In this document: positions 52,725 through 64,000 of the stretch, one piece after another
How the letters are laid out: each line of letters opens with the position of its first letter
Position numbering within the stretch: position 1 is the stretch's first letter
Source of the DNA: Eledone cirrhosa
Lineage: Eukaryota
DNA: 64,000 nt
Direction of reading: 5' to 3'
Assembly (NCBI GenBank): GCA_964016885.1
Contig: OZ024743.1
Span: forward strand, 236,158,001-236,222,000
Notes under the pieces: model-generated
What the model was told of the DNA's origin: nothing
The model's database searches: none
Seen by the model: only the letters and a program-made list of their open reading frames with translations
Translations under genes and position numbers: made by a program

Positions 52725-53124
52725 CATATATATATACATACACACACATATATATATATACAGACACACATATATATATATATATAAACGGAAAAGATGA
52801 AACGAAATTTCATTTCTCACTCTTAGTACGGCTATTACTTAAATATAAGTATGTATACGTACATACATATATGTATACAGACGTACAGTAGTATGTATAT
52901 ATATATATACATACATGCACACATATATATATGTACGTATGGATTCACCGAACATTTATTATAATGCTCGGTGTGTTTGTAAACAAACATCCCGAATTAA
53001 GCCGTACAGTGTCTAGCAGCCATCGTTGCTCATTTGTTCAACACTGACAAAGGAACGCTGTACTAGTTTCAGCCGTTAATATGCATAAGGAAAGTATATA
53101 CTTTCAGCCGTTCAATCATCTGGC

Positions 53125-53181
53125 AGGAAGGTATACGCTGCTGACGATAGCTAATAAGCTTGAAACTAGTACAGCGTTCCT
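53125..53181 (+). ncRNA. Type I HHR (430-bp family); second copy at 53555-53611
   Basis: agga..acgctg-CTGACGA-tagct(aata)agctt-GAAA-ctag-TA-cagcgt-tcct. Confidence 0.82.
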
Positions 53182-53482
53182 TTGTCAGTGTTGAATAAAT
53201 GAGCAACGATGGTTGCTAGACACTGTACGGCTTAATTCGGGATGTTTGTTTACAAACACACCGAGCATTATAATAAATGTTCGGTGAATCCATACGTACA
53301 TATATATATGTGTGCATGTATGTATATATATATACATACTACTGTACGTCTGTATACATATATGTATGTACGTATACATACTTATATTTAAGTAACAGCC
53401 GTACTAAGAGTGAGAAATGAAATTTCGTTTCATCTTTTCCGTTTATCGTTTTCGGTATGCTCGGCCGATTAACTCACTCGAT

Positions 53483-53534
53483 ATGCAAATTAGGCTGCTC
53501 AGCCGTTAATATGCATAAGGAAAGTATATACTTT
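53483..53534 (+). promoter_or_regulatory. Octamer (ATGCAAAT) plus palindromic TATA cassette upstream of the HHR
   Basis: ATGCAAAT at 53483-90 and aaagtatatacttt at 53521-34; both conserved in the copy at 34024-34075. Confidence 0.35.
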
Positions 53535-53810
53535 CAGCCGTTCAATCATCTGGCAGGAAGGTATACGTTGCTGACGATAGCTAATAAGCTTGAAACTAGT
53601 ACAGCGTTCCTTTGTCAGTGTTAAATAAATGAGCAACGATGGTTGCTAGACACTGTACGGCTTAATACGGGATGTTTGTTTACAAACACACCGAGCATTA
53701 TAATAAATGTTCGGTGAATCCATACGTACATATATATATGTGTGCATGTATGTATATATATATACATACTACTGTACGTCTGTATACATATATGCATGTA
53801 CGTATACATA

Positions 53811-53893
<83 letters not shown>

Positions 53894-54376
53894 CTGATGG
53901 TAGCTAAGATGCTTCCACAGGCGGTATGCCGGTTGAGCACTCTATACTCTTACAGAGCAGAGTATGATATAATATAAAAATAAAAATCAGTGATGCATTT
54001 GAACTCAATTTATTGTGTGTTACAATTGTTTCGCCGGCAGACAGCTCGAGACACGATCATTTTATGGAGATGTCTGATTCTGTGGTATCTGACCCTCATT
54101 AGACGTGTCCGTCATTAGACGTGTCCGTCATTAGACGTGTCCGTCGAACCTGCGGCTCCAGAATCAGACAGATCCACACAGTGATCCCAAAAGTTGATGC
54201 CTTAAGGAAGACACTGGTCTGTTGGAGACGCAGGACATGGCAGTGATAATGAGGGACAGAGACTGCTGGAGGGAACTCGGTCATGGATCTCGGGAATTTT
54301 ACCCGCCTTAGAATAGATAGATATATACACACACACATATATATATAGACACACACACACACATATATATATACAG

Positions 54377-54423
<47 letters not shown>

Positions 54424-54799
54424 TATATATATAGACACACACACACATATATATATACAGACAAACACACATATATATATATATACACACACACACATAT
54501 ATATATATACACACACACATATATATACATACACACACACACAAACACAGACACAGACACATATACACACAGACACACATATACACAGACACACACTCAC
54601 ACACATATATATATACAGACACATATATACACATACACACAGACACACACAGACACATATATACATGCATACATATACATACACACACACAGACACAGAT
54701 ATACACCTACATACACACACACAAAACAAACATACACGCTAAAAACTCACACACATACAAACACACTCACAAACACACACATACACACAGACGCGTGCG

Positions 54800-56180
54800 C
54801 AAACACACACTTACACACTCAAACACACATTCACACATACACTGGAACACCCACACACACGTATACACACACTCGATCACAAACACACACATACACACTC
54901 AAACACACACTCACACATACACTGGAACACCCACACACACGTATACACACACTCCATCACAAACACACAATTACACACACAAACAGACACTCACACATAC
55001 ACTGGAACACCCACACATACACTGGAACACCCACACACACGTATACACACACTCGATCACAAACACACACTTACACACACAAACAGACACTCACACATAC
55101 ACTGGAACACCCACACACACGTATACACACACTCCATCACAAACACACACTTCCACACTCAAACACACACTCACACATACACTGGAACACCCACACACAC
55201 GTATACACACACTTCATCACAAACTCACACTTACACACACAAACAGACACTCACACATATACTGGAACACCCCCACACACGTATACACACACTCCATCAC
55301 AAACACACACATACACACACAATCAGACACTCACACATACACTGGAACAGCCACACACACGTATACACACAAAGACACACTTACACACTCAAACACGCAC
55401 TCACACATACACTGGAACAAACACACACACGTATACACACACTCCATCACAAACACACACTTACACACACAAACAGACACTCACACATACACTGGAACAG
55501 CCACACACACGTATACACACACTCGATCACAAACACGCACTTACACACACAAACAGACACTCACACATACACTGGAACACCCACACACACGTATACACAC
55601 ACTCGATCACAAACACACACTTACACACACAAACAGACACTCACACATACACTGGAACACCCACACACACGTATACACACACTCCATCACAAACACATAC
55701 TTCCACACTCAAACACACACTCACACATACACTGGAACACCCACACACACGTATACACACACTTCATCACAAACACACACTTACACACACAAACAGACAC
55801 TCACACATATACTGGAACACCCCCACACACGTATACACACACTCCATCACAAACACACACATACACACACAATCAGACACTCACACATACACTGGAACAG
55901 CCACACACACGTATACACACAAAGACACACTTACACACTCAAACACGCACTCACACATACACTGGAACAAACACACACACGTATACACACACTCCATCAC
56001 AAATACACACTTACACACACAAACAGACACTCACACATACACTGGAACAGCCACACACACGTATACACACACTCCATCACAAACACACACGTATACACAC
56101 ACAAACAGACACTCACACATACACTGGAACACCCACACACACGTATACACACACTCCATCACAAACACACACACACACTC
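54800..56180. repeat. 80-bp CA-rich satellite built of 10-bp subunits
   Basis: actggaacac ccacacacac gtatacacac actccatcac aaacacacac ttacacacac aaacagacac tcacacatac. Confidence 0.92.
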
Positions 56181-56357
56181 CTATATAAAATATGTAAACC
56201 TCTAAACTAAATTTCTGATATGAAATACAAGAGTTTTACAATTTTGCTATTTATAACATTTTCGATTTTGAAATAGAAAATATGATATAGATCTCTCGTT
56301 TTCTCTGTTTTATATATTGTAAATATATACCTATATCTATGTTGATATATATATATA

Positions 56358-56466
<109 letters not shown>

Positions 56467-56654
56467 TTTTATATCAAGTAAGAATATTTTCGAAACAGCG
56501 CGTGGGTTTGAAATTATTAGAAATGTAAGCTATCGCCGTATTTTGACTAAAGAAATTAAAGAAATTATTTAGCCTGATAGGGGGGTTAAATAATTTCAGG
56601 GTAAATAATTTCTTTAATTTCTTTAGTCAAAATACGGCGATAGCTTACATTTCT

Positions 56655-56707
<53 letters not shown>

Positions 56708-56709
<2 letters not shown>

Positions 56710-57778
56710 AGATAGAAAAATGCGTACAGCAAAAAAAAGTAATATTGTTGGAATATAAACCTTTAAAAATACAGGACAAGAATAGGACAAGAAACTAAGT
56801 TAAAACTTTAAAAGAATAGGACAAGAAACTAAGATAAAACTTTAAAGAATTGGACAAGAAATATAAAATTTTACAATAATATTAGTGGCAACATTTTTAT
56901 TGGTAAAAAAATCGAGTTCCACATTCATAGGCTCTGGGTTCCACATTCAGAAGTCGTCATCAGACCGGGGGGATCATTTGATCCTGGTTTGAACACCAAT
57001 TGGGCTATAACCATACCCCTATTTCATCATTCGGCGACACGCCTCATGTGTCATGCATAATGTGAATGGACCCATGGGCCCATGAGCACAGATCTTGAGC
57101 AGCAGCGGACGGTCTTGTCGTCCCGCTCATCCTTGATCTTGACCAACCCGTCCATCTTCTCCTTGCATCTTGTCCTTGAGTTCAAGTCCGGCAGTCCAGA
57201 TGAATGCGTGCCACAGCTTTCTGGTACAGGAAGGGGGAGCAGGAGGACTGGAGGGATGACAGGACAGGGGGAGGGAGGACCGGTGGTTGAGGGAGGTGCC
57301 GTAGTCGGTGGTCAGAGTCGACATCTTGTCCCGGTCGTCTTCTCCATCTTCGTCTGGTGTTGCGGGACCAGAAGTGCATTCTTGGAGGAGACCTGCAGCT
57401 GCATCGGCCAATTCTTCTTGCAATGGTCATTCTGACGGAGCAGAACTGCTCAGCCAACCAACCCCAACCAGAACCAACCGCTCAGGGGCAACGCACAATG
57501 AGAGCATGACAATTATTATGCACTAATCAAGAAGATACTGGGGCATAGCACAGGAAACGAATAAAAAAATTTTGCCACTAATATTATTGTAAAATTTTTT
57601 ATTTCTTGTCCAATTCTTTAAAGTTTTATCTTAGTTTCTTGTCCTATTCTTTTAAAGTTTTATCTTAGTTTCTTGTCCTATTCTTTTAAAGTTTTATTTT
57701 AGTTTCTTGTCCTGTAATTTTAAAGGTTTATATTCCAACAATATTACTTTTTTTTGCTGTACGCATTTTTCTATCTGG
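56708..57778. repeat. ~190-bp inverted repeat (56708-56898 / 57565-57778) enclosing a GC-richer coding-like segment
   Basis: Direct comparison; the left arm starts at (TA)n. Confidence 0.85.
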
Positions 57779-58584
57779 TCTACTATTTTTTAAGGCGATG
57801 CAAGCAACAACTATCTAATAATTAAATGATCATAGTGAATTACTGACAAGTGATTGACATTTTAAAGTTCTTTTGAGTATAATTGTAATCTAGTTGAGGC
57901 AACTGGCTTAATGACAAAGCTAGTAAATCATGAATGCATTTGAGATGATTAGTGCATAATAGTGAATTGGTGAAACTTGTGCATTTCAATGGTGTTACAA
58001 CAATAGATGTAAGTTATATAGTAGTAATACTTTATCATTTTAACTTTTTAGAATGGACAAAAACCCATGCAAAGAAATGACTTTGACTGCAGTGATTCTC
58101 CCCAATTTACTTACAAAGCAATAAGATAATACAAAGCAATAATGATAATATCTTATCATCTCTGATAAAATGCCCATTGAATCACTGAAAATCGGATGCA
58201 TGGAATTCCTCATAAAATGCACCTATGAATCGGAAGCCATCACATATATCAATGGATATAGGGAGTTGTTCACACTGGAAGACCATCACTTCATTTGTGA
58301 CTTCATCAGTTATCTCCACGATTATCTCAGACACCCAATGCCATTGATGAGAGGTGATCCAATGTGTGAGCATGTAACTAATCTTATAGAAGTTGTTATC
58401 GACCACATTTGACTGATTTGACTGATAATGATGTATTTTTAAAAAGTATGTGTACATTCTTGTTACTATTTTAAGGCAATGCAAGCAACAACTATTTAAT
58501 AAAATTTAAATTTAAAAATGACCATTGTAGTATGATGACATTTTATTAAGTCACAAAATTAGTCAGTCAGCCATAGAACAAGGA

Positions 58585-59338
58585 TCAGGTGGCAAAAACA
58601 TTGGCAAAAATTTGTGTCAATTTAAGATTTCCAACATTGTTCAAATGAATCATATCTGGTTTGAAGTCAGATTTGTCAAATTTTGACCAATTTTCAATGT
58701 TGTGAAGATTGGGCAAGTTCAATTTTAGAATCATTTCTTTCATGCAGTAATTAAACTTTTCCAAACGAGAATTTCTCTTGCCCAAGTCATTTTTATTTTC
58801 AATTACACTTTGTGGACGTGGAATGACACCACTGTAGAAAATGGGTGTACAGTGGTGCTTTTCCGCTATTTCCTGTCGCCTTGCAAAGAGACTCTTCCCC
58901 TGTTTTTCCGGTTTTGTGCCTCGAATGGGCACTTTGTCCTTAATTTACAAATAAATGATTAATAAAAAATACTTGGGCAAAAATTATTGTATTACTTTGC
59001 ACAGCTTTGTAGTGCCAACGGTGCGACGAGGATTCAGATCATTAGAGCCGACATGAACCACCAATACTTTCACAAAAGGACAACAGATAACAATGTTGGC
59101 GATTAACATTACCTGGCCCTGACGAGCCCCAGGTATACAAAATATCTAAGTATTTTTGTTGGTATGATAAGTAAATACATTTGAATTAATATTTTTATAC
59201 CTTCTGGTCATTCTATTTCGCCACATTTCTAATTATGGATTTGTAAAAACTGGCATGAATGTGAATTTGATCAGTCCAATTGCCCGATTTTAGTGAAAAG
59301 TTTTGATTCGAAATGGAAATACTCCATTTCCGTGCCAT
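58585..59338 (-). pseudogene. Three-exon SGNH/GDSL hydrolase-like gene with one in-frame TAG
   Basis: Exons 59338-59201, 59145-58996 and 58938-58585, joined by phase-0 GT-AG introns of 55 and 57 nt. Blocks YKSIIRNV, CIPGA, VVHVGSND, SGVIPR, DMIHLN. Confidence 0.72.
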
Positions 59339-60492
59339 GGAAAAAATGAATAAGCCGATCAAAAAGCCGCGAAACATCATTTTTAATTAAGCGAAATTAG
59401 TGGATGCAAATCTCAGAAAATATTGTACACTATTCGCACCTATCGCACTATTCGCACCTATCGGTACAAAAATATAGCGCACTATTCGCACCTATCGGTA
59501 CAAAAAATCGCACGACTGTTAATAATACTAGAAGTGCAAACTATCTGTTGAATACCTGGTATATGAAGAGCAACCGATACGATCGGTCGGCGATCGGTCT
59601 TGAAGAAGAATGAAGAATGAAGTGAAATTTTGGTCTGGTTGTTGTCATCGGTGTTTCGCAGAGATGCCGGCACGAACAAAGGTGTCAGTGACACAAAGTT
59701 GTCCGCTTGAACAAAGGTGTCGGTCCGACAAAGGTGTCAGTCAGACAGACAGTCAGACAGTGTCACAGTCGGTGCGACAAAGCGATCGATGCGATTAAAA
59801 AAAATTTAACTCACATGTTTACCTATATTTTCGCAAACTATTGATAGATTGGTACACAAAATAGCTTTGATAATAAACATAAATTTTTAACGAAGTATTT
59901 AAAAAGCATTTTAGCAGTGAAAAGTGAAGTAATGTTTCACACTGACGCAAGTAGGGCCGTTCAGAAATGACGTAGTCAATTAGAAGGAGGGGATTCGGCG
60001 ATTTGACTTCATTTGACTAACGTAATCACAATCACAAGAGTTCCGCCGAAAAAAATTCGTCATTTCTGGATTACCTCCCCCAGCGTCACGCTTACTACTC
60101 ATTCACTTGAACACAAGATTTATCAGCAAACTTTGATTATAAACTTTTTCCCGCTGGACCAAATTTCTAGATTTTTAAGCCAAAAGATGCGTAATGATCT
60201 ACTGTTCATGCTCATATAAGTTTTATCTCAGTTAAATAAAGTAGAGCCACGCTATACTGTCGTAAACAGACGATTGCCAACGAAAACACGACAACAACAA
60301 TATTACTAAACGGACTACCGTCCGTTTAGGATAAACGGACTACCGTCCGTTTACGATATACTAGACCACCCATGACGCATTGGTTCACGTTCACTTAAAA
60401 ATATAATTTTTAAAGTCATGTTCACTTAAAAGTAATTTTTAAATAATTAAAATATACAGGCATGTATATATTGTAAAATGAAATTGGAAGGC

Positions 60493-60566
<74 letters not shown>

Positions 60567-60649
60567 ATAATAATAAATTTGAAGACTAAAATCCAAAGAG
60601 GGCTCGATAAGGATAAATATATATCAAATATATAAGAACCGTAGAGCAA

Positions 60650-60886
60650 ATATTTATTAAAATAACAGATTAAAGTTTAAGCAAAGAATCGCTGCTTTCA
60701 CCCTTAACGGGATCTTCTGAAACTAACAAAGTCAATCTGTAAACGCAGAACTGGATATTTCAAAAAACGTTGCAACCGGAGGAAGACAGGAAGACGATAC
60801 CTTGGTTCGTGGAAACGTTCGCTTCAGAAGATCCCGTTAAGGGTGAAAGCAGCGATTCTTTGCTTAAACTTTAATCTGTTATTTTA

Positions 60887-60894
<8 letters not shown>
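60650..60894. repeat. ~72-bp inverted duplication ending at (TA)n
   Basis: 60650-60721 / 60823-60894. Confidence 0.88.
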
Positions 60895-60974
<80 letters not shown>

Positions 60975-61351
60975 GTATTTGGGTGTATGTTACCTATATA
61001 CACTGGTCACAGATATTAATATTCAATCACAAAATTTTAGCTAGATACAGTAATGCTGTATTCGATTCTTTGAAGTCACATGTTATAATTTCATTCAATA
61101 GCACCACCAGCTCACTCTTTCATTCTTCAAAACTACCACATCCACACCATGCTTATCTCTCAAATGGCAGCTTGTTGAAGAGTTGAGGGCGTTTGAACCC
61201 CAGGCTATTGCAATATCTTCTCCTTATTCTAGATGTATATATATATGTGTGCATGTTTGTATATATATATTGTGTTGGCCGTCACAAGCAGTCATAGCCG
61301 GAACGGACTGGAGTCGAATTCTGTCGATCGTTGGTTATTGATTAGGCGATA

Positions 61352-61462
61352 CCCGCTGATGAAGCCACATGCGGTGATTATGCATTGTTGCATAATATAT
61401 GCGGACAGAGGGTGCAGTGCACTCTACTGCTGCATTAAGTGTGGCAGAAACTCGAGTTCGGG
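61352..61462 (+). ncRNA. Type I HHR with multibranched stem II
   Basis: cccg-CTGATGA-a-gccacat...gtgtggc-a-GAAA-ctcgag-TT-cggg. Confidence 0.72.
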
Positions 61463-61607
61463 GAACTACTATAGTTACTCGTTTACGTGTGTTGTATTGA
61501 AGCGAATAACTATGTGTATACTCTGGGAGTGTATTTTACATTACATATCGAGTACGCTGAGATGCAACCAGTCCTAGCAGTGATACCTATGCTAGGTCCG
61601 TCAACTT

Positions 61608-61656
<49 letters not shown>

Positions 61657-61744
61657 GACAATATATACGGCAATCATCTGCAAAGATGAAGCAATCACTA
61701 TATATATATACGAATATACGAGTATATATATATATATATATATA

Positions 61745-63712
61745 GTGATTGCTTCATCTTGGCAGATGATTGCCGTCTCCCTATGCAACCCCATCAACCG
61801 TCATCAACTCCAAACGTCCGTTCGTGGGCTTTTAAGTCCAGCATTAGATTTGCACGATCTGCAGCAAATTTGACAGACAAAAGATGTGCCCTCTATTTGA
61901 TTTATTGGGTAATCTTGGTGATGTCATCCTTATGTACCCTCACATTCCTTTTAAGACCAGAGATTGATTTACAGATCTTTCTACACACAACACATGTTCT
62001 CTCACATAGCATTGGAGGGATAGAGCTGCATACAGTTGTCTTTTTATGTGATTTTAAATGAGTGATGTACCCAGATTTAGAGAGCAGTAAATGACCACAC
62101 ACCCCACAAATCCAGCTCCCTATGTTCTTATTGAGGTTGATACTGTGGCCTTTTCGAAGCTGATGTTTATGTTTTTCATGATCAAGACATCTCTCTTCAA
62201 ACATTCTGCAGCTTCCTTCACATGTCCTCTCCATTTACCCCTCTTTAAAGCAAGCACTTCCCAGTTCTAAATTTTAAACTGTAGATCTTCAAGATTGCTT
62301 TTTATGCAATCCTTATATCTTTTTCTTGGTTTGTGCTGAGGACGTTTCCCTGTGTGTAATTGACTGTAAAATAGTTATTTTGGGAGTTTTTCCTCATTCA
62401 TGTGCACAATGTGGCCTACCCAACACATTTGAGAGGATATGATGGTAGAATCAATGCTCGTGCAACCAGCAACTATAAGGATTTGTGTATCAGGTATTTT
62501 TTGTTGCCATTTGATGTTTAGGATTCGTCTTAAACACTTTTGATTAAAGTGTTCAAGCAAATTAAGGTGTCTACGGTGTACTGTCTACTTTTCCGAAGAG
62601 TACAACATAGCACTAGGAACGCAGGCCTTGTACACACTAGTGTTGGTCTTGGCATTGATCCCATGATCCACCCACACTCTCTTTTCAAGTTTTCCGAAGG
62701 TTACAGAGGCCTTCTGAATGTGCAGGTGTATTTCTGCATCCAGTGAACCATCCCTTGGTAACGCACTACCCAGGTAAACAAAAGTATCAACTACACCCAA
62801 CCTAGTTACATTCACCATTGGTGAATTGGCAATATCGGTAGAGGGTTGGACACCATGCTTTCTAGCATAGTTACGTCCCTTTACGGTCTGAGTTCAAATC
62901 CCGCCATGGTTAACTTTGCCTTTCATCCTTGCGAGGTCGATAAAATAAAGTACCAGTAATGTGCTGGGTAATTGCTGGCCTTGTGCCAAAAGTAGAAACA
63001 ATTATATTTGACTCAATATATACTTCCCCTGGTGATGGGGTGAACATTACCTTGGTCTTTTTTATAATCGTCATGCCAAAGGCATTACAAGAAGCTATAA
63101 AAGAATCCATGATGTGTTGCATGTCATCTTGAGAGTGAACCAGAAAGTCAACTTCGTCTGCATACAGGAGTTCTCTAATTAATATTTGGAACACCTTGGA
63201 TTTGAAATTGAACCTTCTTAGGTCAAAAATCCTTCCTGTTGTTCTAACTTGCAGTGGAACACCCTTTGCACAGCCCTGGAATGCATGAGTCAGTATCACA
63301 GCAAAAAATATTGAAAACAGTGTGGGAGCCGGGATATCTCCCTGCTTCACACCATTATCAACTGGGATTTCATTGGACAATTCTCCATTCAAGACAACCC
63401 GAGCCTTCGTATTTCTGTGCAGTCGGACAAACATATCAATAAACTTTGTTGGGCACTCTATTTTCCCTATTTTAACAGTGCACCTCCGTTCACCGTATCT
63501 AAGGCCTTTGTCAGATCAACAAAAACCTGATACAGAGGTTGCTGTATCAGAGGTTGCTCAATACATTTCTCCTAAATCTGCCTTGCAGAGATCATATCAA
63601 TCGCTCCTCTGCCAGATCTAAAGACACTTTGTGATCCAGGGATTACTGTAGGACAAATGTCCTCCATTAACCTGTTCAACAATAATCTAGCAAGAACTTT
63701 GTCTTTTTAAAA
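61745..63712 (-). mobile_element. 5'-truncated RTE-clade LINE (RT + C-terminal C2H2 fingers), decayed, with (TA) tail
   Basis: GVKQGDIPAPTLF, ELLYADE, FVYLGS, HFNQKCLRRIL, WVGHIVHM; fingers CGVC..H..SH and CVVC. Confidence 0.9.
62818..63004 (+). mobile_element. SINE family 1 inserted into the RTE ORF
   Basis: Interrupts ...ESNI / MVNVTRL... Confidence 0.88.
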
Positions 63713-63719
63713 AAAATAT

Positions 63720-63900
63720 TTATATACATACATACATGCATACATACATGCATACATACATGCATACATACATAAATACATACATACATGCATACATACA
63801 TAAATACATGCATAAATACATGCATACATAAATACATACATACACACATACATACATACATACATACATACATACATACATACATACATACATACATACA

Positions 63901-63934
<34 letters not shown>

Positions 63935-63952
63935 CATACATACACACATACA
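63720..63952. repeat. (TACA)n microsatellite
   Basis: Direct reading. Confidence 0.95.
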
Positions 63953-64000
63953 TTGAAAACGTGTTCTGTTGTGGAGATCAGCTGCCCACTTGATGTAAAC

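Larger units (their letters stand above)
52784..53816 (+). mobile_element. 430-bp HHR tandem repeat: inverted partial copy (52784-53070) + ~1.7 direct copies, flanked by (TA)n
   Basis: HHR cores at 53141 and 53571. Confidence 0.9.

Noticed and set aside
54015-54110. HHR-like GAAA-caattg-TA on minus (similar at ~17152 and ~9050)
   Set aside because: The 5' core is mutated (CTAATGA, ATGATGA) or missing and the stems are poor; not called.
56955-56965. CTGATGA on the minus strand
   Set aside because: No downstream GAAA or stem III.
60818-60865. HHR-like CAGAAGA-tccc..gggt-GAAA-gcagc
   Set aside because: Core U4 is changed, and there is no UH site or stem I; at most a dead remnant.

Overview
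This is repeat-saturated, AT-rich eukaryotic DNA. The SINE families, (TA)n/(CA)n density and RTE/Penelope content suggest a cephalopod (Octopus-like) genome; this is inferred, not proven. No intact host gene is evident. Contents: (1) two head-to-tail Tx1/L1-clade non-LTR retrotransposons sitting in (GATA)n, both with broken ORFs; (2) two decayed Penelope-like elements (PLEs), RTE LINE fragments, two tRNA-derived SINE families and a hAT MITE; (3) an 11.6-kb phase-perfect GTT/GGT array and several minisatellites; (4) a spliced SGNH-hydrolase pseudogene. The main signal not explained by the ORF track is a dense set of type I hammerhead ribozyme (HHR) motifs with palindromic stem III, from several unrelated non-coding repeat families inserted at (TA)n. 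Two families are retrozyme-like tandem repeats: a 430-bp unit with stem I covariation and an octamer/TATA cassette, and a 591-bp unit with a compensatory U3:A8 core and a greatly enlarged stem II. Fold-back inverted duplications anchored on (TA)n tracts recur across the window.
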